From contig NW_027266330.1 in the NCBI RefSeq assembly GCF_022045235.1, forward strand, positions 21,638,001 to 21,702,000: a stretch of 64,000 nt of DNA. The letters run 5' to 3'. The position numbers and the translations under genes are program-made. The stretch's first letter is position 1. Each line of letters begins with the position of its first letter. Source of the stretch: Haliotis cracherodii (lineage: Eukaryota). Under the pieces are notes generated by a model. The model made no database searches. It had not been told where the DNA came from and saw nothing but the letters and a program-made list of their open reading frames with translations. Positions 50,507 to 64,000 of this stretch are shown in pieces.

Positions 50507-52300
50507 CGCAACAATATTTCCCTTGTACAAACACGTTCCAGGGCGTGACAATATTCCCCTTGTACAAACACGTTCCTGGGCGCAACAATATTTCCCTTAT
50601 ACAAACACGTTCAGGGCGCAACAATATTTCCCTTGTACAAACACGTTCCTAGGCGCAACAATATTTCCCTTGTACAAACACGTTCAGGGCGCAACAATAT
50701 TTCCCTTGTACAAACACGTTCAGGGCGCAACAATATTTCCCTTGTACAAACACGTTCCTGGGCGCAACAATATTTCCCTTGTACAAACACGTTCCTGGGC
50801 GCAACAATATTTCCCTTGTACAAACACGTTCCTGGGCGCAACAATATTTCCCTTGTACAAACACGTTCCTGGGCGCAACAATATTTCCCTTATACAAACA
50901 CGTTCAGGGCGCAACAATATTTCCCTTGTACAAACACGTTCCTAGGCGCAACAATATTTCCCTTGTACAAACACGTTCAGGGCGCAACAATATTTCCCTT
51001 GTACAAACACGTTCCTGGGCGCAACAATATTTCCCTTGTACAAACACGTTCCTGGGCGCAACAATATTTCCCTTGTACAAACACGTTCCTAGGCGCAACA
51101 ATATTTCCCTTGTACAAACACGTTCAGGGCGCAACAATATTTCCCTTGTACAAACACGTTCAGGGCGCAACAATATTTCCCTTGTACAAACACGTTCCTA
51201 GGCGCAACAATATTTCCCTTGTACAAACACGTTCAGGGCGCAACAATATTTCCCTTGTACAAACACGTTCAGGGCGCAACAATATTTCCCTAGTACAAAC
51301 ACGTTCCTAGGCGCAACAATATTTCCCTTGTACAAACACGTTCAGGGCGCAACAATATTTCCCTTGTACAAACACGTTCCTAGGCGCAACAATATTTCCC
51401 TTGTACAAACACGTTCCAGGGCGTGACAATATTTCCCTTGTACAAACACGTTCCTGGGCGCAACAATATTTCCCTTATACAAACACGTTCAGGGCGCAAC
51501 AATATTTCCCTTGTACAAACACGTTCCAGGGCGTGACAATATTTCCCTTATACAAACACGTTCCTAGGCGCAACAATATTTCCCTTGTACAAACACGTTC
51601 AGGGCGCAACAATATTTCCCTAGTACAAACACGTTCCTAGGCGCAACAATATTTCCCTTGTACAAACACGTTCAGGGCGCAACAATATTTCCCTTGTACA
51701 AACACGTTCCTAGGCGCAACAATATTTCCCTTGTACAAACACGTTCCAGGGCGTGACAATATTTCCCTTGTACAAACACGTTCCTGGGCGCAACAATATT
51801 TCCCTTATACAAACACGTTCAGGGCGCAACAATATTTCCCTTGTACAAACACGTTCAGGGCGCAACAATATTTCCCTTGTACAAACACGTTCAGGGCGCA
51901 ACAATATTTCCCTTGTACAAACACGTTCCTAGGCGCAACAATATTTCCCTTGTACAAACACGTTCAGGGCGCAACAATATTTCCCTTGTACAAACACGTT
52001 CAGGGCGCAACAATATTTCCCTAGTACAAACACGTTCCTAGGCGCAACAATATTTCCCTTGTACAAACACGTTCAGGGCGCAACAATATTTCCCTTGTAC
52101 AAACACGTTCCTAGGCGCAACAATATTTCCCTTGTACAAACACGTTCCAGGGCGTGACAATATTTCCCTTGTACAAACACGTTCCAGGGCGTGACAATAT
52201 TTCCCTTGTACAAACACGTTCCAGGGAGCAACAATATTTCCCTTGTACAAACACGTTCCAGGGAGCAACAATATTTCCCTTGTACAAACACGTTCCAGGA
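50507..52300. repeat. 36/37-bp minisatellite, about 49 copies
   Basis: Unit cgcaacaatatttcccttgtacaaacacgttc(ctggg/ctagg/aggg/caggg). Confidence 0.97.
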
Positions 52301-52507
52301 ACTTGATTTAGTTGCCAGCCAAAATTAAGGTTGCACTCTGGTCCCATAAATTTTATATCTCTTAATGATTGTGTCGTGATTTTTAATACAGTTAGCACTG
52401 TTACAATACTTATGTGACAATGTCATCAATGGCAACCATCATATAATGCATAATTATTATCGTTAGTTGGTTAATATTAACATCAATGTGACACGGTGGT
52501 CAACTTC

Positions 52508-53520
52508 ACCTGTGTTTATGTGTATATATGTCCATCTGTGTATATATGTTCACCTGTGTATATATGTTCATCTGTGTATATATGTCCATCTGTGTATATA
52601 TGTTCACCTGTTTATATATGTTCATCTGTGTATATATGTTCATCTGTGTATATATGTCCATCTGTGTATATATGTTCATCTGTGTATATATGTTCATCTG
52701 TGTATATATGTTCACCTGTTTATATATGTTCATCTGCGTATATATGTCCATCTGTGTATATATGTCCATCTGTGTATATATGTTCACCTGTTTATATATG
52801 TTCATCTGTGTATATATGTTCATCTGTGTATATATGTCCATCTGTGTATATATGTTCATCTGTGTATATATGTTCATCTGTGTATATATGTTCACCTGTT
52901 TATATATGTTCATCTGCGTATATATGTCCATCTGTGTATATATGTTCGCCTGTGTTTTTATGCCCATCTGTGTATATATGTTCATCTGTGTATATATGTT
53001 CATCTGTGTATATATGTCCATCTTCGTATATATGGTCATCTGTGTGTATATGTTCACCTGTGTATATATGTTCATCTGTGTATATATGTTCATCTGTGTA
53101 TATATGTCCATCTTCGTATATATCGTCATCTGCGTATATATGTCTATCTGTGTATATATGTTCATCTGTGTATATATGTCCATTTTCGTATATATGGTCA
53201 TCTGTGTGTATATGGTCACCTGTGTATATATGTTCATCTGGGTATATATATGTTCACCTGTGTATATATGTTCATCTGTGTATATATGTTCATCTGGGTA
53301 TATATATGTTCATCTTCGTATATATGTTTATCTGTGTGTATATGGTCACCTGTGTATATATGTTCATCTGTGTATGTATGTCCATCTGTGTATATATGTC
53401 CATCTTCGTATATATGGTCATCTGTGTGTATATGGTCACCTGTGTATATATGTTCATCTGTGTATATATATGCCCATCTTCTTATATATCGTCATCTGCG
53501 TATATATGTTTATCTCTGTT
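52508..53520. repeat. 18-bp minisatellite, about 55 copies
   Basis: Unit atatatgttcatctgtgt. Confidence 0.97.
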
Positions 53521-54716
53521 TATAAGGTGAATAGAAATCAATGCTACAATTATCTTGTCTGTTATACGAAGATGTCTTTGGACTTAGAATATAAAGCTGT
53601 CGTCCTAAATCATCTTTAATGTGGTATAGAATTCATATAACATTGATCAATATAAACCATTAACCAGATGGGAAAGGACGCACTCGACACATCACCAAAC
53701 ACCTATGTCTCTGTTGGTTGCCCAAGCGTGGTAGCGTTGGACTGAATGTCTCTGTTCCATATGTCATAAACATGTAAAATATATTATCATGGAGGATTCA
53801 GCAACATTCATAGCTGCATATATAACATAAATCATCGCAGACAAAAAGGTAAAACGTCAAGTTTAATCTTTACGCGTAGAAAGGTTTACAGGTGTACAAG
53901 ACCTTTGTGTTACGTAGAAGTAAAACCGTTTGCTCCAGTCGCCTGAGTTCGAGTCCTCAGAGAGGTACAATATATGAAGACCATTTGTGGTATCACTGAC
54001 GTAATATTGCGTGAATAATTTTTAAAGCGGCGTAAAACCATATTCACTCACTTACCACATTTACTACTATGTCAGTTCAACACGTATACATGTATCTCCG
54101 TTGATGATCAAATTAATCATCTCGAAATTAGAGACCACTTATGAAAACCAAAGCCGGATATTGTTATAGATTTCTATAAACGTGTATAAAATTCAAATGA
54201 TGTATAAATAGTACTAGTGATTAGACTGTGGGCTTCGTGAAACAAACTGGTGAAGAGCCTATAATCCCTGTCACGTATAATGAGCAGGACAAGCCTCGGT
54301 TTGATTTATTATAGTCACGGAGGTATTATTTACTATTGATTACAATAAATAGCTGGCTGAACAACGCGACAGTAATTAGTATTACGAGACAAAATATGTA
54401 TGCATTTGCACCTAGGATGCCTAGGCATTGGTTAGTTGCATGACGTGTCATAGGCTTAATTGTCCTCCCATTTACGCAGTGCCCTTACATTGATAAATCT
54501 AATCTATCAAATGACAAAATTATCAGCGGATATGCGTAGAAGGAAGTGATGAGATGGACAACCTGTATTATGGAAGGATATACGTACCCTTTTTCCGAAC
54601 ACCTGACTTTCAGTGATCCATTCATACTTTTTTTATCGCTTTTTTGCTTTTTACGACCAATGGAATCAGATAAGGGAGACTGGTTATTCTATCATGTTAA
54701 TGGCCTGTTTTATATG

Positions 54717-54860
54717 AGAGTGAGTATGGTTTTACGCTGCTTTTAGCAATATTCCAGCAATATCACGGAAATGGGCTTCACATATTGTACCCATGTCGGG
54801 AATCGAACACTGGTCTTCGGCGTGACGAGCGAACCCTAAACCACTAGTCTACCCGACCCT
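54717..54860 (-). mobile_element. SINE family A, internally deleted (further degraded copies near 11875-12008, 37135-37272, 53905-54055)
   Basis: Reverse-complement match to family A head and tail. Confidence 0.8.
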
Positions 54861-57800
54861 GCATTATATGCAAATTGGTTCTGGTCTACTGAAGAATCAT
54901 CAGAGGAAATATACCCCATCTCACATGGACGTATCATGGGTAGAAGCTTCAACAAATACTCCATTAATCATTAAATTAGATAGCACAATTGTGACTAAAA
55001 TCCAAAATATTTGTTTCAAATCTTTTTGCTATATCTTTAATTTATGGATCTTTTAACACTGCTTTGAAAGGAAAGTGCAATTTCAAAATGAATACAGTGT
55101 AGTTAAATCCTGTAACATAGTAAAATGTTTGTCCATCCACCCCACCCCCTAGCTGTCTGAATGTGATCCTTTCCATGTATACATATATCTATCAATACGT
55201 ATTTAGCCTTCTAATATAGAGTTTGTACAGACATATCGTACTATCTTACATACATTCTATCCATTTATTTGCCTATCTACGTGTCCGGCCAGTGGGATGC
55301 AGAGAGGCGAGGTCGCACGTTCGTGTCACCGAAATGCCGGGGTTGGTTTCAACGTTTGGACATTCCATGTGTTGTCCAATACTGTTGTTCGATTAAATGA
55401 CATTCATTTATCATCTCTTTATCCCTCCATCTTTCCATCCCTATGCACACATTCATCCATACATAAATATATTCCCCCATACAGAAATTGGTTTAGCTAA
55501 CCCAGCGTTCATACATAAACTGTCGGTCAAAAGCAAGTATGCACCCATGTTTGATGGTAGCCGAACAAGAAACAAACAAGAAATGGTTATTCGATGGGGA
55601 TACATTTGATACGGGTATCTATTATATGTGAATATGCTTCAATCCATGTACCATCTATCCATCTGTCATAAATCTAAATTCATTACCAACCCATCTACCA
55701 CAAATCCATCCATCATAAATGCTTCTATTACTAATCCATCAACCATCAATCCATCTGTCAAAATGACTGACCCATCTACTATCAATCCATAATTTTGGTA
55801 CCATCAACCCATCTGTCATACATCCACCTATTCTCAATCCACATGACAATCCAGGTACCAACAATCCATCTACCAATTCCTTCTTCGTCTAGCAGTGCGC
55901 CACTTCCGAACACGACAACAACGCATAGGCCCAAATCTTCAAAACCATTGGTGTGTATAAAAAGCCGACCACGTTCGTCTGCCCCGGAATATATTTACGT
56001 AATTACAGAGAGAGAATCAGTGTCAGAAATTGACGCTAAAAATCTACTACATGAGATTATTAGCTAAAATCAATTACTGATTGCAACTAATTCATTGCAG
56101 AGTCATTGGCGGGCGATTAGAACAATTTTAGACCGATTTCGTCCTTTAATGTATTAAAGTAACGAGCTCTTGTTCAGAGATGTCATTATCGCAAGGCCCT
56201 AACGGTATCTCTAAGCTATCATTTTATTAAGGAAATTGTCAACCTGGGCAACAGCGAATTTCTTACCCTGTTATTTCCTTTCAGTTAGTAATTGGAAGCT
56301 AATAGGCGAGCATTTATTATAGGAGTCTGTGGTACGACGTAATAAACGATGGCTAACGCTGTCATTTTAATTTGAAGCTTGCCCTTATCATCCTATGAAG
56401 CGCGAACAACGCTTCCGATCAGGGCGCGCGACAGATCAATGACGCTTTGATTTTTCAGAAGAGGGAATGTCGCGAGAGTTGGTGTAATTTGTAACGAGAT
56501 CTCGAGACTCGTTCTGATGTGAGACAGAGAAGAACATGGACGGAACGAGTTTATTTTTGTTCTCGTTCCCTTAAAGTGGTTTACACGCTCAATTCGTGAT
56601 ATTAGCCTTTTCATCCCGTGTCTGTAGACCTCGTTCCATTAGCATTATATTGCATTATCAACTTGTGTTTATATAATGCAGAGGTACAGACTGATATAAT
56701 GCTATACAGACATACCCTCGTTCGCAGGAGAGACACAGTAGCGATAATGTTTAACAGAACGTACATCTCATTTCATTAACACGATACATTAGCCGTAGAA
56801 TAAATAATTAATACAGACTGGTTCGGGAAATATTTACGAATTACGATGATATAATAAAATGATTACTCCTGGATGATATAGAACAGCTCTATCAAAACAT
56901 CCCTCGGATGCGTGTATAATAGAACTATTGTTTTATACGTTGAATTGTTACAGTAATAAAACAGATGATGAATGTTTGTGTTCAAATCCTGGGAAAAAAT
57001 ATAAATGTTTTAACGAAAAAATGAAATAATAAAGTGTACAACACTGCGTTCGCTTCAAGGAACTCAAGGGACAAATATATTAGTCTGAGATCTGTGAAAA
57101 TGATATTCTATTACTGACAGGGTGGAGGCGCGTCGGTTAAAAAATATCCTTCATGCAAGGTCACGAGTTTGGGTGAGACTGTCAACATAAATAAATGAAA
57201 CCTACTTATATATCAATTACCTTGATTCAAATGTTGCAATTTATTTAATTGTTTGTAATTCATAGCACAAACACCACCAACCACAACAATTACTTCCTCT
57301 GGCACAATGCCCTTTGGCTGTAACGGAGAAGCCAGTAACGACAAACAAGAAATTATCATGTTTTACTCCCTGGTAATTCATACGTAAACGAACAAAACTA
57401 CATTTCATAAAACAATGTATAGTTGTAAATGTTTATCACTCGATGACTTCGCGGTAATGCTAGCAATACCACACAAAAACTGAAAAATACCTCTGACATT
57501 TCATGCCATAATTCTGATGCACATTCAAACAAACGACGCTTAAAATTAGTTGAAATCTCACCAGGGAGTCATTAGAGACGAGTAATTAACACAGCACCGG
57601 GCCATATTACGATAACTCGTTCAAGCACTTCTCCTGTGGATTCAGCGTCGAAGCGAAACCCTGCGTTCAAATATTGGAATGGATACTCGACCGTCATTAG
57701 CGCGTGTATTTACATACATATTACTCTGAATATACCATTTGTATATATGTATTGCTAGAACTAAGTGAAGCCCTATTTCTTCTTTCGACATTTTCCATTA

Positions 57801-59789
57801 TACAGACGCATGGTTTGTAAATAACATGTGTATTATGAACCACGTGAGCCGTTATTAACAAGCGTGGATCATTATCTCGTTTTATTCGTTAAAGAGATGG
57901 TGAAATAATACTCCCGGGCGATTATTTTGATTAATTTTATTTTTTTTCAGATAAGGTAATAGATTTTTGTATTGCTACTATAAAAATTATTCATGTGTAA
58001 GGGGATATTCATTCTAATATACTAGATACTTGGTAAAAATGACCGAGTGTTATACACGTATCGTCTTTTGATGGACGTCTCATGTGGAGTTGGTGTTCAC
58101 TATATTGTGTAATTTTATTTATATAATCACCAAAACGTTTAAATATTATATTATAAAGTATGCTGATATATCATCACAAAAGTATGGACAGGACACTGTA
58201 CATGAATATTGCGATACCGTTTCCTGTCTACAAAGCACACTTTGCAATAACCCTTTACAGTCATATAACGTGACCCTTCATATTTTCACGCATCCTTAGT
58301 TCCAAAATTATATTAGCCCATATCAATTTTGTTTATATATTATTTATATATATTTTGAAGATTGTTTAGCATTTATTGTTCACTGAACCTTATTTAATAA
58401 TTGGGAGTATTCCATGTACAATACAATGTACTTCAAACATAACAGTTCAACAATCAAATGAATAACGTAATATATTTCTACTTCAACGAAATGTTTGGAT
58501 CGGCTATAAATATGAATGTAATATTATATTGAAATGTGACAATTTAAATGTGTTGCTTTGCCTCATTATCGAGCACATCTATGAACTTTAAAAATGTTGA
58601 TCCGTCTCTATCTCTAGTAAAAACATATTTTTATAATAACGAAATAATAGCGATATGAACTATACACAATAATATGGAAACATGATAAAACATATGCACT
58701 CACTGATATCATAAGAACAGCATATCGTATCCATGGTGAGGTTATCGTAATTCGTTCACATTTCAGACTGTATGTGTAGAATATCTTCTTCAGTACAACA
58801 ATGCATGTACTGATGAGAATAATGTACTAGAGAGATTCTATCTGCGGAAGACCGTCATGAAACGAACACAATACAGTATTTATAATAACCAAAGCAACTG
58901 TATTTTATTTGTGTCATGTATCTGCCATTATTTGTTCATGTGTACTGCAGTGTCTTCTTTAAAGAATATCAGACAAAATTCAACTATTTTGAAGCAGTTT
59001 AAGAATAACCTCATGTTATCATTATATAGAATATGGTGTTGGAGAGATGCAGTTTTACACAATACCAAAACAGCGTTTCAAAATTCATAAAATCAAACGT
59101 TATTTGCTTGCATCTAAATATCTAATATTATTAATGCCATCTACACACACAATTTCCTGATAACCCTTCCCCTGAATTAAGTTGAATGAATAAACCCTTT
59201 ATATTATTTTATACAACTTTACTGAAGAGTATTTATATATAAAAAACGATTAGTTGGCATTGTAAACAGTTTCCTCGTTATCTTCAACCACGCGTTTCTC
59301 TTCTCATGGTTACTTCTTGACACCATTGTGACAGTTTGGCTGTTTAGTTATCTATTTTATAACAGTAACTCACAAGGGTGTTTATATGCTGTCACACCGT
59401 CGGGGGCAGTATAGTAGAGGTATGTTCTGTAATATTTCATAATAATCATTATAACGGTTAATCGGTTCATACACAGAACTGCTGACATGGTCTGACAAAG
59501 TATTTTTTCAATAGAATTTAAATGTGAAATATTCCAATAAAACGATATATTAAATATTTGCATTAAAAATAGCGCATGTAACGATAAAACAGATTATGTT
59601 TATATATGTTACTGTATAAAAATCACATTAAAAATGAAAAATAAACAAATGTGAATGTATGCCATCTTATCTTTCAGTTCAAAGCATGTAGAATTAAATA
59701 ACAATACAATATTGTCAAGAAAATATAAATATTCCATGAACGAACTCGGATAACGATTATACTGTTCAGGTAGTCTTTATTTCACTTAC

Positions 59790-60015
59790 CTGTTTTTACT
59801 GTTAGAACACCCTTTTCTCTCCCTCCTATGGACAAGTCGTCGTCAGATTCGTCGCAGCTCTTCTCATCTTCACTTCCCGAACTGGTGATCTTGATATTTT
59901 CAGAGTCCAAATTGTTTTTGTCATCACAAACCACGGGTATACTGATTGTCTCCTTCTTGATGTTATCTGTGCACTCCTCAAAAGACTTGGACACAAATTC
60001 CGTCAATCCTTCCAT
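59790..60015 (-). CDS. Shox: Shox coding exon 1 (start codon; MEGLTEFVSKSFE...VKT, 226 nt, ends in phase 1)
   Basis: N-terminus matches the vertebrate SHOX/SHOX2 motif MEELTAFVSKSF; donor G|GTAAGT at 59789-59784; phase 1 joins exon 2 in frame (G+AT = Asp). Confidence 0.9.
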
Positions 60016-60379
60016 CGCTGAATCCGTTTAAAAATACCTTAAAGTACCGATACACTTTTAAGAAAAAAAAGTTTTCGAAAAAAAATTCTTCTCAGGTAAA
60101 CTATAGTAAAATGAGTCCTTAAAAGGTTCGAAACCTTAAAACTCACGGCACACCATCAAATACTTTCCTCCAAGGGCTTGTCATAAGATCCGAGATAAAA
60201 ACGTTTCAAGCAGGATCCTATAAAGAATTTATTACCGTCTTCGGACAAATTCCTGGAACAGGAAGGATCGTCAAAGACCGGCACAGCTCGTCACATTCTA
60301 ACTAGACTATCGGACAAGGAGCTCAATGTGTCCTCTCGCGTCCTCCGTCGGAGTCGTTTCGTCCTAAAGGGCCTCCGGT

Positions 60380-60720
60380 CCATTCTTCATATTCAACACA
60401 GAAGCGTAATTAATTTAATAAGATAGATTTGCCGAGTTGCTAATTATCTTCTTAAACATTTACTGTAGAAGCCATAACTCCTGTGATTGGCCAGTTCAAG
60501 TGACGTCACGTGCCGACAGAGGGCGCAGAAAGCGGTTAACATCAACGATTGCTTGTCATTGGCACGCGCCCGGTCGTTCAGACTTGGCGATATCAAAGCG
60601 GCCCATATGCTTGACTATGGCACGAGTCAAATGGTGTTTATGAAATTAGGAAAATATAACCAGAGCATCCATTGGCCTGTGGTGAATGGCTTTATATCTC
60701 TCTCTCCCGCTTTTATATTT
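60380..60720 (-). promoter_or_regulatory. Candidate Shox proximal promoter
   Basis: Three CCAAT boxes on the minus strand (60486-90, 60558-62, 60671-75) and a CRE TGACGTCA (60501-08) overlapping an E-box CACGTG (60507-12), 0.4-0.7 kb upstream of the ATG in repeat-free DNA; TSS not determined. Confidence 0.45.
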
Positions 60721-63700
60721 TTCCAAATTTCTTTTTTATACGTCCATTTGAGGGGGGCGAGAGCTGAATCTCGGAGAACCGTTTGTTAACGATCTCTTGG
60801 GGTCACGGCCAGCTTTTATGCTGTCAACACATTATTAATTTTGGTTTGATGTCCGAATGTGATATGATTTTTGTGCAGAAGGCGGCCGGGACGACACGGT
60901 GGGAAGTTATGAGAATTGTCGGACTAGATTCATAATTCATAACGCGCTTGTAGTCATTAGGAATCTGCTGTTTCCGAGCAGGATGATTACGATAATAATG
61001 GCATGGTCCGTGACAGATTAATTGACTGTGTCACATACAGCGATATGATGAATGACGATATCATCATATATGGGATAAGATTGTTCCGTAAATGTGACTG
61101 TCGTTATCGATAATAAGGATAAAGATAAAATCATTATTATCATTATCATTATTATTATTATGATGATGATGATGATGATGAGGTATTCCAGATTTGAAAC
61201 TTAGTGGTCGTTGCATGAAGCCTTTTTTTTCAATCGAACTATATTTCATATACTGGCTGGTGCTGCGGGGATAATGAAAAAATGAATGGATTTATCCCTT
61301 ATAATATAATACCTCGCTGAAACGGATCCCCGTTAATGTGAACGATAGTTACAAAAGTTTAGCTTTCCGGATTGGCGATATTTCTTTGTGTTGCTTGTGG
61401 ATTGGCGTCCGTTGTCTTTCTCCGGTACCTTCACTGGTGTTTTACTACAGCTTTTTAAAAGATAATTACATTTGCTCGATCAACATCTTCGTTTTCATGG
61501 TTCGCATTTAATATTTTGATACTCTATTTTATAATTCGTATTATGAAAATTAGATTAATTTACTTTCAATCAATTACATCTTTGAAGGCAAGTTGAAAGT
61601 AAACACGTTACTTTTGACTTTTAATTAAACTTTCGGTAAGATTAAGATTAAACACAAATACCAGGAAATAGCTAGAAACAGATTCCGTTGGTCGAAAAGG
61701 GAAATATAATTATGAAAATTGTTTAAATGGATTACTGAAATTTAGTGATGACATCGGGTGTTCGCGATCGGGAAAATGGTGATCCTGTCCGGTAGCACCT
61801 GCCACACAATTGTCATCAATGAAGTAAGTGCCACTGAATATGGCGTCAGTACATCTAAATAATTACAAAACAGTTCATCTTCACCTTTTCGCTAACACCT
61901 GGTGACATCACTATATATTTGATTGTGATTCATAAACACATGCTTATAATATTGTCGGAATATACAGTGTTTTTAGCAGATATTTCTTATGATCGTGGAA
62001 ATGGTTTTGACGCTTCTATTTGTTAATTGTAAACCGTTTGAATAACAATAATTCCTTGTGTGTAATTATATTTTCGGAAAACAGAAACACTTTTAAAATT
62101 GTCATTTTGGAGTTTTTGATATCAATTAATATTTTCGTATCGTATATTTTTTATCCATATGTTTTTGTAATACATATCTGTCCACAACAAGCGATAAAAA
62201 GTGATAAATTACGTTTTAAAATGTAACCAAAATATTTATATACTTAAAATATAAATATATATAAAATTAAAAGACTTAAAAGTAAACTGCCTAACCTTTT
62301 AAAACCAACAATGAAGTGGTAAATGTCTGAGAGATATTTTGAGAATTAAATCCTGTAAAGAAGTTATATTATATCGGTCTGAAGCACGTATATTTCTATT
62401 TAATTCCTACAAACATCATCAAAGATATTATAAGGTGTACTGTATACCATCACATTTGTAACAAGTCAAATATGTTTCTTACAAATGCTTAGTTTTAAAA
62501 AATACACAAAAAGTTGTTTTTTTCTTAATTTACAGAATACGAAGAGCTATTTTTTAAATCTGTGTGTTTGTATCAGTGGGTTATTTTCCAGCTTTGCATG
62601 CGATACAGATATTAATAAAAGATTCCCGCATCTCCTCTACTAAGGAAAACAAACATTTCACTTTTTTTAAAAGCAAACGCACACGTGACCTGATGTCTCA
62701 ACGCTCGCCGCCGTGATGGTTTCGAACTTCCACGCTTCCTAACAAATTGCACACATGTCAGTTTCAAACAATATAAACACAATATATGAGTATACTGCCA
62801 TTCACGTTCTGGCATAACGACATACAGGATAATTGCTATTGTGAGTGGAGGGAAGGGGGGCTCGCTGGACAACTTAGGGAGCTGTAGAGGTGGATGTTTG
62901 GGGTATACCTTGAAGTATGGCACCAACCTTTGTCTGCAGAGATCCCTTTAGACATCAAAAACTGTCTTTAGTGTTTGAGAAAGGATGAAATGAAACTGAC
63001 AGAATTGTCCAAATTGTGTCATTTTGCGCCAATCGGAAAGAGACCACGAAGAAGTATTAATTGCTGATACAGCGATCAACTTGAATTGTATATGATTAAA
63101 ATAGGGAGTTGTCATGGAAACGATGAATTTGGAGACTATACACCCAGTGATGTTTATTTTTGGAAAATCTGAGTTAATATGAAGCGTATGAGGCCATCCC
63201 TATTTTTTTATGTTTCTCATCACCAACCTCAACCAGCAAGAGAGCGGGCGGGGAAAACAACAACAACAACAACAATAACAAAAACCCAACAACAAAAATC
63301 CAACAACAAAAATCCAACAAAACTGTTGCGTAAGCTAATTGTGTAACTTATCTTATTAAGTTTTACAGTTTAAACACTTGATAATAGTCTTTAAATTATT
63401 TTAGACACGGATCTAGTCGTTTTGATTCGGAAACGAATCTTTAATCAATATAGTTGAAAAAAGATCAAGCTGATCATGTTTTTTTATGAGTGTGCAATGG
63501 CAGGGGTACTTTTTTTACGGTATCGGGACATCAATTTCCACAGCGGCAGGGAAATTGAGATGAGAAAACTTGTAATTGTTTCACGTCTGAATGAAAATTC
63601 AGAGCGGACGGGAGATCGGAAACACAGACAAAATACGGACAGCCTAAATGTCACATACTTTCAGTGTAACCTACATTCAGTACTCTTTGCAATATTTTTC

Positions 63701-64000
63701 TGTCCGAGGTGACTTAAATTGATACTTAATCGGTTTCTAAAACTTACAAAAAAGTCATTTCCTTGTTTTTGTAGAAACAATAAAACCAACATAAATGCAT
63801 TGTTGACAGATATAAATGTATGTATTCGGTCAGACATAATTGATATTATCAATGCAATAAGATGTTTCTACCGTAGATGTTTCTACAAAATCTACACGGT
63901 TATACATTGATAATGGCACATCACGTGAGTCGATACACACGGCATGTCCCAGATATCCTGGATAAATGGAATATCGAAAATGGATATCAAAATTAACCTA

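Noticed and set aside
50507-52300. 36/37-bp repeats of CRISPR-like length
   Set aside because: Head-to-tail units with no unique spacers, no cas genes, eukaryotic intron context
50409-53619. Long ORFs (up to 363 aa) in the ORF track
   Set aside because: Translations of minisatellites, open in several frames and on both strands
60345-60380. Hammerhead-like aggacgaaac in the Shox leader (minus strand)
   Set aside because: No CUGANGA core and a mismatched stem II

Overview
Eukaryotic, AT-rich, repeat-dense invertebrate DNA; the SINE types suggest a mollusc, probably an abalone-like gastropod (inference from recalled repeat families, not verified). The window holds one complete protein-coding gene on the minus strand, the paired-class homeobox gene Shox. 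Its four coding exons (60015-59790, 41718-41531, 23927-23870, 15363-15026) join in frame with GT-AG sites and phases 1/0/1 into 810 nt, or 269 aa. The protein has the MEGLTEFVSKSF N-terminal motif, a Q50 homeodomain, an 11-Ala tract and a C-terminal OAR motif. The rest is intron and flank: at least four SINE families (several sharing a 3' tail), a decayed Tc1/mariner transposon, several MITEs, a Penelope-type inverted repeat with a hammerhead ribozyme core, minisatellites with higher-order structure, five N runs and repeat-poor candidate regulatory islands. I found no CRISPR array, rRNA, true tRNA or multi-gene novel system. The most unusual items are a SINE-like family with a pseudoknot-forming head and no A box, the hammerhead-bearing inverted repeat, a duplicated exon-3 donor that could give an OAR-less Shox, a repeat family clustered beside the exon-2 acceptor, and a 33-bp TIR-only element.
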